DNA from: Octopus vulgaris | Lineage: Eukaryota | Reading direction: 5' to 3' | Length of the DNA: 64,000 bases | Assembly (NCBI GenBank): GCA_951406725.2 | Contig: OX597831.1 | Location: 56,048,001 to 56,112,000, forward strand | Shown here: positions 13,415 to 25,688 of the stretch, one piece after another | How positions within the stretch are numbered: the first letter of the stretch is position 1 | How the letters are laid out: every line of letters begins with the position of its first letter | Position numbers and translations under genes: made by a program | The notes under the pieces: model-generated | Database searches by the model: none | Seen by the model: only the letters and a program-made list of their open reading frames with translations | Told to the model about the DNA's origin: nothing

Positions 13415-13925
13415 CTGAAGACAGGCTTTGCTTGAAACACTGGACCTCATGTCTCCTCCATGGTGTGTAACTTGCATCAATTGGATTTATAATATATTGT
13501 TATCACAACCTTTTCTAATCTAATAAGATTTTTTTGCTTTTTTTTTTTAAATGAATAGAGGAACTTCTAAACATTTTTATTTACTTCTGAGGCCTGTTTT
13601 GCCTTTCATCCTGCCAAGGTCAATAAAGATAATAGTCAAATACTGATGGAGGCCATTACTTGACTGCTTCCTGCCACAAAATTTCTAGTTTTTCTTTTCA
13701 ATTCTCTAAAATATTTACAATTATTAATGACATTTGACTGAACAAAAAAAAAGTCATGCATACTATTTAATGAGTGACAAAGTATTGAGTTTTAGCTTCA
13801 TGACCTTTAAGTCAAAGCTTTTATAGTCTACTTCAGGTATAGTGCTGTATTGAACAGAGTAGATTATTCAATAGGCATTTTTTTTTTTTTTTAAAGATAG
13901 ATGTTATAATTTCTTCAATTATTAC

Positions 13926-14142
13926 CCCTTTAACATTCAGATGACTGTGTCAAATGTAATGCTTATTTATTCATACTTTTTTAATTCATTATGCATTATC
14001 CTGTAGCTTCGAGATTTTGATGATGTGATTAATTTTTTAGAATGACATTGTATGGTAGATGTAAGAGGTAGGATCTGGCTCGTTTGAATATAAAACGAGT
14101 AGAATATTTTGGTCATATCTGGCCAGTTTAAATACTAAAGGG
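13926..14142. mobile_element. piggyBac-type MITE family 1
   Basis: CCCTTTAACATTCAGAT...AATACTAAAGGG|TTAA, same interior as 262-477. Confidence 0.75.
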
Positions 14143-14231
14143 TTAAAACACTGTCAAATTTTATCTATGGAATATAGAAGAAATCTTTTTGAAAGTGAAG
14201 GAAAGCAAAAATAAAAAATTTGTGAAGTACT

Positions 14232-14592
14232 AGGCACAGGCAAGACTGTGTAGTAAGAAATCTGCTTCCCAACCACATGGTTCCAGGTTCAGTCTTGGAC
14301 AAGTGTCTTCTACTATAGCTCTGGGTCAGCCAAAACTTTATGAGTGGATTTGGTAGATGGAAACTGAAAAGCAGCCTGTTAGTTGTGTGTGTGTTCCACC
14401 ACTGCTTGAGAACCAGTGTTGGTTTGTTTATGGCCCCATAACTTAGCAGTTCAGTAAAAAGAGATTGATAGAATAAGTACCAGGCTCGGAAAAAAAAAAG
14501 TATTGAAGTTGGTTTGTTTAACTATAAACCCTTTGAGGCAGTGCCCCAGTATAGCTACAGTCAAATGAGTGAAACAAGTTAAAAGATAAAAG
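14232..14592 (+). mobile_element. SINE family A
   Basis: Head, microsatellite and tail modules present. Confidence 0.85.
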
Positions 14593-17208
14593 ATCAACAT
14601 AGATAGATACATACCTGCAAAGTTGTAAACACTATCTATATAAACTATGTAAAGTCATTTAAAAAAAAAAAAAACTTTTATTAATGTATATCCATCCTAT
14701 GAACAACAAAACTAAAGATTAAAAAACACTCCAGTAATAAAGTTATAAGAATTGGAAATTACCAAAGGACAAATGTCAGAACAAGTTGAAACAAGATCAT
14801 TTTACAAACTTATTAATAAACATGGATATGTAGTTAACTAGTAGAGACTAAATTTTTTTTCCGGTATTAAGTTTAAATAGGTTATCTATAGTTTACAAAA
14901 ATTAATTAACTTCACAATTAGCTATATATTAACAAAATGAAATTTGGATATTTAATATTATAATGACCATCAATGAGCAGCTACATAAGCCAAGCTAATA
15001 TCTATGTGTCAATGGTACATTAACAACTAATAAAAACCTTAAATTTACTACACTAAGCTGCATACATTTACTGTGACCAATAAACATGTGGTTTGCATCT
15101 GATGAATTTATAACTGGTAATTTATTTTATCAGTTTTTCATAATGTACAATAACAAAAGTGTGAAAACAAGATTCAATAACAAAATATATACAATTGTGT
15201 ATGTGAGTATATACAAGCAGCTAACAGAGTATCTTCTTGAGCACTTGATTTTCTCTCTATTATTACGTATTGTTTCCACTGTATACATTGCAAGCTTTAA
15301 TATTTTAGTAATGTGGCTAATTTTTTCTCACACATCAATCCTTTTTAAGACCATAAAGTTTAATAACCAGTGTGACTCTTTTAGTGTTCCTTTTCATGTT
15401 ATGACCTTCAGTTCCACTTCATAGCTTCTTTCCAGACAACTTGAATTGCACATAAATCCAACACTGATCAACAATTATTCATAATAAATATGTAATAAAA
15501 AAAAACCAGCACGAAGAAAGAGCAAAAAAAATTGCCTTATTCTTATGAATGTAAGGCTCAAAATGAGAAGACAGAAGGGTAAAGGAGTGAGATAAGAGGA
15601 AGAACTATGTGATTACAGTTAGTTAAGGGGTTATCAGTTTCATGGGCATATACCCCTTGCAATTCTGACTTGAGCCATAAAACCTTTACATTCTATTCAC
15701 ACATGCCATACACCAATGTGACATACAAAATATGTAGCTACAGACATTGTCATCATACTGATACTATTGTTGTTGCTAATAGGTTATTCAAAAGTTGGTG
15801 GTAGTGGTGGTTGTATTAATTTTTGTATTGGTGATGTGGTGTTGGTGGGGGTATTGTTGGTGGTGGCAGTGGTGATATTGTTCTTCTTAATTATAATGTT
15901 ATTTCTGTTTAGTTTCAAGTCAATCTGAATTGACCTAAGATCAAAGACATTTCATTCAACATTTAAAATACACTCAAGTATCACATTATCTCATGTATTT
16001 TATTTCAGATGGAGTTATTTGTCTTGTTCATGCTCTTGGTGGTGGTGGTGGTGGTGGTGGTGGTAGTGGTCATTAAGGAGTCAGTGGGTCAGAAATAGTC
16101 GGTTGTATAGTACTGATGTTGGTGAAAGTGGTGGTGAAGATTGATTAATAAAGAGATAGATACACAAACACACACAAATATTCAAACTGAAAAATTCCAC
16201 CTCATACCCCATAAATGTTTATAGTGACACATATACAAACATTTACATACATATGCATGCATCATGATTACAGTTTTCCAAATTGTTAACTACTTTGATC
16301 TTAGTTAAAATGCCAAGAAGTGACCTTTTGACTAAGAACAGTGTAGTTTTTAAACTTTTAAAATTTATATGAATTTCTATAATAATGCAATTACAGACCA
16401 TATCCTAAAATTAGTGGTCATACTTTACAATTTCCATAAGCACAAAATCCCATAATTTGAGTTGGTCTTAACACAGGATATGCCTGTACATGTGTGGGTG
16501 TGTATATTGTAGTTAAACTAAACTTTGAACAGATTTTGTTCATTATTCAAACAAGAACAATATTTTGAATTTTTGATAATTTTCATAATATTCTTTTTTC
16601 CCAGTTTTTACTGTAATAACACTTTCAGGAGTGAATTTTCAGAACAGTGTTACATAAATAATTTACTGATCCTAAGTCTTAGACTTAAATGGAAGAAGGA
16701 AGAGGCTACAGAATTTTTTACTAGCTTTAACCAATGGATTGTGGCCATGCCACGATATTACCAGTAAGTTTTTTAAATCTATTACATCAACCCCAGCACA
16801 TTGCCCAGGACTTAATTCCTCGTTCTCATAAGATACAAAATGTGAAGACACATTATAAGGAATATTTCAGTCAGACATTAATATTGCAGGGTATTTCTCT
16901 CAAAATATATTGGTTCTCACTCCAAAAGAAGGTGCATGTATGTGTGTGACAACCCTCTGCAGTTCCCATCAAGAAAATTTCACTCAAATGCTCCAACAAA
17001 TACTATCTTACTCACATTAGCATGGAAATACAATGACTGACTAATCAATATACTGGATTTACCAATCTGAGACTAAGAAAGACAGTTGCATAAAGTACTG
17101 TACAATGAGATTGAACCTACACCCATGTAGTTGCTAAGCATGCAGCCATGTCTGCACCTATATACAAAAGATGTATAACAAATTAAATAATTAAAAATAA
17201 GACTTTAA

Positions 17209-17420
17209 CCTCTCAGCATTCAGATTATTCTGTCAACTGTAATACTTATTTTATTCATTTTGTTTTGAATTAATCATGCATTATCTCATAGTTCAAAAAT
17301 GCGATTGTTTATTGAGAGAATGACACTGTAAGGTAGGTGTGAGTGCCTGGATTTGGCTGGTTTGAAGATAAAACAGGTAGAATATTAGTGCTAGATACGG
17401 CCAGTTTAAATGCTCAAGAG
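17209..17420. mobile_element. piggyBac-type MITE family 1
   Basis: TTAA|CCTCTCAGCATTCAGAT...AATGCTCAAGAG|TTAA. Confidence 0.72.
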
Positions 17421-18264
17421 TTAAAGAAACATTTTCAATTTAAACTAATAGCTACATATAGCTTAATGCAGCAACATGCACAAAAAAAAATCACAATGAG
17501 GATAAGGCTGGACAAACAACAGCCACTGTGTTGTACACATAGACAAAACACAACACTGCTTGCCTCATTTTGCCTGACTGACAAAGACAGATTTCTACTT
17601 CACAGTTGAATGATTAGTAATAGAAAGGGTAGGAAGCAGTAGAAAACAATTGCTCCAACAAAATCCATCCCACCCACTCTAGCATGGAAATAGATGAAAA
17701 GAAACAGGAGGGATGGTTGCGAAACAGTCAAGACATTCAAATTTAGAAGATGAAAAATACAAAGGCTAACAAATCAATACTCTGGATTTGTAAGAATGTT
17801 CCAGAGATATGAGATTAAGAATGGTTTAATAAACTTATTTTAGCTACCACCCAGAATAGATGGATCAGTAATTAGTAGTAAGATAGCATTTTAAAGAAAT
17901 ATCCTGTTTCATCAAGCATTAACAACAATTCTATGTTAGTACTAGTTGAATAAATCCATATCATATCACTTTATATAGACAATATTTGTAATGTGGTAAA
18001 ACTACCCTAGTCTAAATAATGGCTAAGCATAAACACAAAGCCAAGTTCTTAAGGAAGACGCATGGTTATCTTACTAGTATTTATATTGTTTCACAGAAGA
18101 AATAAAAGGCAAAATTAACCAAGGTGAAATCTCTAAACTACTAGAGATGAAACTGAATACTGTAACATATTTAAGATGTTGCTTTAATTTCTCAGTTATC
18201 TCTCCCAAAAGAGAAATTTCATACCAGAGAAATTTTCTTAGTATCAACAATCTATTGGAAAAAA

Positions 18265-18508
18265 CAGGTATTAAATACCTATTTCTTTATTACCCACAAG
18301 GGGCTAAACATAGAGGGGACAAACAAGGACAGACATAGATATTATGTCGATTACATCGACCCCAGTGCGTAACTGGTACTTAATTTATCGACCCCGAAAG
18401 GATGAAAGGCAAAGTCGACCTCGGCGGAATTTGAACTCACAACGTAACGCCAGACGAAGTACCGCAAAGCATTTCGCCCAGTGTGCTAACGCTTCTGCTA
18501 GCTCGCCA
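18265..18508 (-). mobile_element. SINE family B (Nin/Deu-like central domain), young copy
   Basis: Minus strand GGCGAGCTAGCAGAAGCGTTAGCA...GAGTTCAAATTCCGCCGAGGTCGACTTTGCCTTTCATCCTTTCGGGGTCGATAAATTAAGTACCAG. Decayed copies at ~580-745, 35020-35210 and 38200-38470. Confidence 0.85.
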
Positions 18509-19314
18509 CATTTGTTTGTATAAGCAGTTAAAATGTCACAACTTTCATGGGTTCTACACACTTTAGAATGTGAAGCATGCAATATATAGGCAACTGGGAA
18601 TAATCGATTTTATAACATAATTTTGTTTATCTTCATAGATTTTTCAGAGCCAGAATGAAAAGTCCAAGGAGACATGTAAAACCATGTTACATACTATAAT
18701 TCATAAAAAAAAAAATGAAATAAAAAAACAATTTAAAATTTATATAATTTGTTAAAGCATTTTGATTTTTTTACAATATGACAGGAATCTATTATAATAT
18801 GATTTAAATGAAAAAATTAATTCACACTGCAATGATAGAACTTAAAAAAGATTGTAAACTATTACAAAAAAAATTCAAATCAAAATAATTAATCATTGAA
18901 CAAAGCTTTAGTTGATTAGAAGTGTCACTAGTAGATAAACCTAAAGCAAAAAAAAAAAATGCCAACATTGCATAGTAAATGGGATAAACAAAAATCCGAT
19001 ATGGTACAAAGTGTGTAGTCACTATTTGTGACTTGACTATATTATGTAGTTATATCACTGATAGTTTGATAAAGTTTGCTTTGCTCTTAAATACTGAAAG
19101 GATAAACCGATATAGATAGAATGAAGTAAGCAGAAAAAGAGACCAACCAACATAAGAGGAGGAATTTGAAGCACTTCTATCAACACATGAATTTACACTT
19201 ATGAGTACTTTGGATTTTAGGAAGTTCTATCATCATCGTCATTGTTTAACATCCGCTTTCCATGCTAGCATGGGTTGGACGATTTAGATAAAAAAGCAAA
19301 TGCAAATAAGATGC

Positions 19315-19463
19315 TGGCATGGATGTTGTTAAATTTGCTTTCCATCTACATGCTTCCTGATTCAGTGTCCCACATCAACACATCTTGGGCAAGCATTTTC
19401 CATTATATCACTGTTCCCTTTGACCAGAGCCTTGTGAATGGATTTAGTAGATAGAAGCTCATC

Positions 19464-19500
<37 letters not shown>

Positions 19501-19760
19501 CATGAGCACATGAGTGTCTTGGCCTCCTTGTCTTGACATCACACAATAGTTATAAATGAGCATCAACATCATACAAGTACTGTCCCTCGTTTTCAATCTT
19601 CCATGGAAACATGTTTGGTTACAGAGAAGCAGAACTTACTTGGAAACTAGTGATGGTTGGAAAAATTAAAGGCATTTGATCAAAAAAAAAATCTACTTCA
19701 ATGAATTCCATCTGACCCATGCAAACATGGAATAATAGATGCTAAAATGATAATGATGTT
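19315..19760 (+). mobile_element. Chimeric SINE: family A head + (GT)n + alternative 3' module with RTE-type tail
   Basis: The 3' module recurs at ~32070-32280, 41480-41715 and, inverted, at ~51885-52010. Confidence 0.7.
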
Positions 19761-20442
19761 GAAAAGACTCAAAATGACTGGTGATAATCATAAATTAATA
19801 ATCATGTTATAATATATATTATACTATAAAACAGAGGACAATATTCTATAAAATCCATGTCAGACATATGTTAACATAGAAACATGAATATAAATATATT
19901 GATAAAGAAAGTATAACATACAAATACTCATGATTATGTCAAAAGAAATATGCCATTTCAAATATTTTCTAACTATAATCTAGGCAAAGAAGTTATTGTT
20001 GGGAATGGAAACAATGACTAAGTGGTAATGTCAAAAATTCTGAGATGAATATTAAGGGAACTATTATTAGGAACAAAAAGCTTCCTTCAATACAGAAAAT
20101 GTCAATGTGTGACACATATATCAGAAATAGGATTCTGTGAAGTTATCAAATTATGGCAACAAAGCTATAAGATGTACAAAAGTTAGGGAAGAATAGACTG
20201 AACATATGATACCACGTGGAGATGTTACACATGAAGAGCTTTATATAATACTGACAAAATACAGACAAGTAACATGAGAATGGTTGATACAGCTCATCAA
20301 TCAAGGTTTAGAATCTAGAGCTTGACCTGCCAAAATAGATATTTTATTAAGAGTAGAACAGTAGATTTAACAATTTGATCAAGATAAATCATATTACGAA
20401 AAGGGCAATATTTCAGAGAATAGTTTTTATTAGTACTGTAGC

Positions 20443-20744
20443 AAGTGGCAGACTGCGTCCAAAAATATTGGTTGCCAGGAGACTAAGGGGGCCCACCAAC
20501 AACTACAATGTTATCATTTGTTTTTTTGTTTTTTTTTTGTTTTTTGCTAAAAGTATTCTTTTCAACTGTCTGCAAACACAGCCAGGCTGAAATAATTAAT
20601 GCATTCTTCCAGGAGTGAATAAAAAATTCTCAAACTTGAGGGATGAGCCCTTAGATACAAATATGGGCCCCCATATATGGATTCTAATGGTGCAGAGGCC
20701 CACTTGCCATCGGACAAGCTGGCAACCTGGTCAGTCCACCACCA
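20443..20744. mobile_element. hAT-type MITE
   Basis: Degenerate TIRs (AAGTGGCAGACTG and CAGTCCACCACCA), subterminal inverted GGTTGCCAG/CTGGCAACC, 8-bp TSD ACTGTAGC/ACTGTAAC. Confidence 0.7.
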
Positions 20745-20931
20745 ACTGTAACTGCTGATGGTGTTGATAGTGGTAAAGATGAAAATTATGATTATGATGA
20801 TATACACATGCTTCTCTTCACAAAAATAATACAAAATACAAAAATAATGTTGATACAAAATAATCATAAAAATAGAAAGCAACCAAAAACACAGATATAT
20901 AAAGAATTTTATGATAAAACAAAATACTTAC

Positions 20932-21423
20932 ATTGATGTCATCATCTTTGCAAAAAAACATACTATTGTGAGCAGGAAACACAAATTTGCCTTCCTTTTC
21001 AACAAAGTCAAAATAAGTGATACCAACAACACCAAGCCTTTTCCGTTCTCGCAGTAGCTGTTCTTGTTTGGACATATGTCCTGAGAGAGGCATCATCTGG
21101 AATGGATGTAGAAGTTGCTTCCATGTCAAGTAAGGAACTGGTTCTACAGATTCTTCAGGAATGTCAACATAAAGAAAGGTGTTCTCACGACTTTTTGCAG
21201 GTACTCCAAGAAAATACAATCGAGTTAGAGTACCAGTATCAGTGTGAATTTTCCGGAATACAAACTGTGATGGCACACTACTGGCAAGACTAGTGATAAC
21301 TTTACGTGTATCTCGGACAGCTTTGCGCAATTCCAACCACGATTTCTTGCCAGATTTTGTTGGCTCAGGAGCAGGAGAATTGCACATCATGTGGAAAGGG
21401 TCTGCTAATAGTTCTGAAGCCAT
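20932..21423 (-). CDS. DPP9: Dipeptidyl peptidase 8/9-like, first coding exon (164 codons, N-terminal region)
   Basis: Translation MASELLADPF...KKSWLELRKAVRDTRK...RLYFLGVPAKSRENTFLYVDIP...SKQEQLLRERKRLGVVGITYFDF...FVFPA...CKDDDIN matches the DPP8/9 N-terminus (SW..L, RLY(Y/F)LG, RENTLLY, LLRERKRLG..GIT.YD motifs). Ends at donor AAT|GTAAGT, phase 0. Candidate acceptors put the exon start at 21464 or 21481. Confidence 0.93.
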
Positions 21424-22192
21424 GCTGTAACCCACTCACATAGGAGGGGAGAAGGAAACCCAACCTGCAGCAGCAGCAAAACTGAAATATAAATAAATGC
21501 TTCAAGTTAGTAAATTTAGCTTGTATGAATACAATGTATAAACAACAAAACACATTTTAATTGGTAGGCTAGAGATGATATCTATCAGCATAAACCAAAT
21601 GGTAAGTATAAACAAAAGTAGCCTTATTTGGTGAACCATGAGAAACAGAGACTGATGTGTGAGGTGGTAATTTCCATTGGGGAGAAAAGAAATACTTTCT
21701 CACTCCTTAGTGAGAGTACTTCCCAAAATGTTATACTCTACTTCTGCTCAAAGTACATCAATTAATATATATTTCTTTTAAAAACAATATATAGGAGGAA
21801 ACTTCTAAATGGTTGCTTGACTCAAGGAAATGTTAACCTTAAGCAACTCAGGTAAAATTGGAAGTAGTAAATATATATTATAGATTTTGTTTATTTTATT
21901 GAACAAATATTAAAAATTCTACATTTCTCTCTATGGTCCTGAAAGAGATTCTAGTTACAGCAAAAATAGTTTCCATCTGCTTTAATGTCCCAAACTATAT
22001 TCCAAAACTTAAACTACAAAAGTAGAATTTGCATGTACAAAAATCTAATTTACACCTATAGAATACAGGTGCCTATTTTATTGGGTTAAAGGAATGAGAA
22101 AGGAGGTGAATTTCAAAGGGACTTCAAAAAAATAAACAAATTCAACTAAATACTGTTACTACTAAAAAAAAAACAGTCTCATTTATAAAATA

Positions 22193-23797
22193 CTAGCATT
22201 ATGACCCGTCGTTGCCGGGTCATAGTGCTAGTGCATGTATATATGTGTACATATTACATGTACATCTATATATATACATCTACACATAAAATACAAAGTT
22301 ATATCTTGATATCGCTAGTGATAACGATACTCAAAATATATAACAGACTGGAATTGTAGGCCCGTCTCTTGCAATTTCGATCAATTGTATCTTGTCCTCC
22401 CTCTTGTATAGAAGTGTGGCTACAATCCAGCCTACCTCTACTTCTTGGGGGACATTTTTAATTTTCCGGGACGTCCTATGTCCCAGATATAAAGGTAAAA
22501 ATGAAATATTTCCACTTTGCAAGGTTCGAGTCAAGTACTCCCTTGCACGCTCCGTTGACTCGAACCTTGCTTCTACTGTGGCGAATTTATCGCCTCTGGT
22601 TAGATATCTTTCATAGTCGCACCAAGACACTTTTCAATGGTGCTTTCCTCCAGGTGTTCAAATCTTTTTTTTTTTCTCTACATTGTATACTTTATAGACA
22701 ATAGTCTTTTCTTTAATTTAATTTTTTATTTCATTAGGTGGTGTTATCCTAGATTCACCATCTTTGTTGGTGATCAATCCGAAATAGGTTTGTATTTCTT
22801 CCATTTTAATTTTAATGAGTTTGCGCCCGCCAACGGCTGCAGCGAAATTCATTTTTGGACTTTCTTCTATCGAAGGCATTTTAACAAAAATGCTTCCGTA
22901 TAAACGGTGAAAATATTGTTAATTTCTCCAAACAGGGACACAATTCAATTTTTAAACAATAACCAAAGCTCCTTCTCCCAAAGGGGGAGGGTTACGGTTT
23001 ACAATTATTTAACAAATGCAACACAACAACGTTTCCCTTTCGAGGAACCAACAAACGTGATAACAATAGTTAAACAGTAATAATAACAACAAACCTTACG
23101 GTGAATCAAAAAGCAGTACGCAGTTGAAACTATAGTCCTTTATGTATAAGAAAGAAACCAACAGCAGTACTCAGTAGAAGCGGCTGTTCAAGAAAACAGA
23201 CATTACATACAGCCAAACTTCATATAGATACTTAATGCTAGCTAATTAGTAGATAATCTAATGTAAAAGCCATGGTAAAAGGTATGTGCACAGCTCCATC
23301 TGGACTATTCCATTTCTGCACACTAATTTTATTTTTAATTTATTCCCATTCATGTGAAACCACTTATTCAAGTTCAAGTCATTGATGCAATTTTATACCA
23401 ATTGCTATTTTTACTTTTGTTATGTTACAATTTAATTATTATATTATACTTTAGTTTGATTTTAATTATTACTTACTACATATAATTCAATTGTTATTAT
23501 TATCTCTAATTTTTATTGTTAAAGTGAAAGTATCTGACATAAAATAGAGAAATGTTTTTGTTTCACTTTTAACACGTAATACTGAAATAGTGGAGAAGAT
23601 ATGATATTGCTATGGGCTCACCCTAGGCAAGAAGTTGAACATTTTTTTTTTGCCCATGAAACTACATGGACCCTAAGTAAGGCATGTATAAAATTTGAAT
23701 GAAATTGGTTGTGTAGTTCTCAAGTTTTAGGGAAACACACAGACAGACAGACACACACACACACACACACACATTCTCAGTTTTATATATAGAGAGA
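22193..23797 (-). mobile_element. Non-autonomous Helitron carrying a LINE ORF1 fragment
   Basis: Minus strand starts A|TCTCTCTATATATAAAA-(GT)n-(GTCT)n and ends with GC hairpin CCCG-GCAACGA-CGGG and CTAG|T. Confidence 0.82.
22340..22879 (-). pseudogene. Disrupted L1/Tx1-type LINE ORF1 fragment inside the Helitron
   Basis: MPSIEESPKMNFAAAVGGRK... (SYAAAV-like motif), then a stop and a frameshift, then an RRM-like segment RGDKFATVEARFESTERAREY...FLPLYLGHRTSRKIKNVPQEV. Confidence 0.55.
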
Positions 23798-24186
23798 TGA
23801 ATAAGTTGTGTTGAGAACCATGAAATAAAAGTAAAATACTAAAAAGCTATGTCTATATAACCTAGTTATAATTTTGAATGAAAAAAAACAAAAGCATGAT
23901 AAAACATAACCCAATTTCTTCATCTTTATAAGATGTAGACTTTGATCCTCTATAAGAAAAATAAACAAATCAATATATACCATATGACAAATCATGAAAA
24001 ACAATGTGTATCAAACCTATAATTTCTTAAAATGAGAATTTTCTGATAAAACTGGTAAAAGGTCATTAAAAAACATGGATATTTGAATGAAAATGAGCTT
24101 TACAACTTCCTTCCAAAAATCTCAAATTATTTTTTTCTTATATAAATTCATTATTTGAGAAGAAGCAATGCTTACATTCTCTTTAA

Positions 24187-24400
24187 CTCCTTTGATACCA
24201 ACCCAGTTGAAACTGCCTCTGTAATACAAATGTCTTGTTTTCATAAGTTTTTAATTAAAATCTTTCACCAAGCCTTTGTCATAATTTATGTTCCTAACAC
24301 TAGCTTAATGATAACTAAGTTATTTTACTTAATTCTTTGTTATATTTAAAATTAATTGAAAGAAACAGAGCATCTCAAAATAAATACGGTAATGAAAGGA
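24187..24400. mobile_element. piggyBac-type MITE family 2
   Basis: TTAA flanks. The interior is the reverse complement of 44429-44608. Confidence 0.7.
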
Positions 24401-25279
24401 TTAACTTCTTCTAGTTTATTAATAGGTATAACAAAGAAGTTTAGAATGAACAATACCTAAATGGAAAGAGAATGTAGGCAGAAAAAAAGAGTTCCAAATA
24501 ATGCTCATTCATTTCAAAAGATGATGGAACAGGATGCTGAGTAAAGGTGATAGAAGGAGGTGAGTCAGATGCACTGATATCTAGTTTTTCAGTGAAAGGC
24601 AAGTGAAATAATTCATCTTACTTAAAAACAGTGCAAAGCTTAACGCTGGATTCTTGCCATTAACAATATAACCACCATAAACTAGCAATTTGTTCTTTAA
24701 TAAATGAAACCAAAATAATTCACAAATACAATGAACACTGCTAAAAATGTAAATAGGACCACTTTGTCATGAACTTTTTAAACCAACAGAAAAAATTCTA
24801 TTGTATGTCCAACATCTTTATCAGGTAAAGAATTTAAAACTAATAGTTGCATCCTCATCTCAGATTTACTTGTTTGTGCTTATGCCATATACAAAAAGTG
24901 GTGCAAAGTTTATATAACAAATGTAAGACCTTGTGATTGTTTAATTCTCGCATGCAAATGTAACAATGTTTCACAGGAGAGCAGGTGTTTATGTATTACA
25001 TTTAGCAGCAGATGGTGCTTAAAATATGACACCAAATAGCTGAAGCACTTTAAATTTTTCATCCACTGGTACACATACACACATTATACATGTGTGAATG
25101 AGTATGTTTACATTTTAAACAGCTAAACATGCAACAGAAAGAATGAAACAGAGAATTGATGAAACATAAACCCAGATCTTGTTAATGTCAGAGTAATTAA
25201 GAACAGGTTTTCACAATTTTATTCTCAATTATATCTGTGCTCATACATGTGGCTTCTTTATTTAAAGAATGTAAATATA

Positions 25280-25688
25280 AGTGCAGGTGAGACTGTGGTA
25301 AGAAACTTGCTTCCCAACCACATACTTCTGGGTTCAGTCCCTCTGCATGGCACTTTTAGGCAAGTGTCTTCTGCTATAGCCTTGGACCAACCAAAGCCTT
25401 GTGAGTGGATTTGGTAGGTGGAAACTTGAAAGAAGCCCATTGTGTGTGTGTGTACATATATGTATGTGTATATTTGTGTGTGTTTGTCACCCACCATCAC
25501 TTGACAACTGATGTTGGTATTTACATCCCCATAATTTAGTAATTCGGCAAAAGAAACTAATAGAATAAGTACTAGACTTACAAAGAATAAGTCCTGGTGT
25601 CAGTTTCTTAAACCAAAAAACCCTTAAAAGGAAATGCTCCAGCATGGCCACAGTCAAATGAGTGAAACAAGTAAAGGAATAAAAGAAC
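25280..25688 (+). mobile_element. SINE family A
   Basis: Head, microsatellite and tail modules present. Confidence 0.85.

Noticed and set aside
20818-20931. C-terminal hydrophobic tail of the 205-aa ORF (VSILFYHKILY...)
   Set aside because: Read-through into the intron after the GTAAGT donor. DPP9 homology resumes at 934.
935-20931. Additional DPP9 coding exons in the 20-kb intron
   Set aside because: The two exons join in phase and are contiguous in homology, so none is needed and none was seen.
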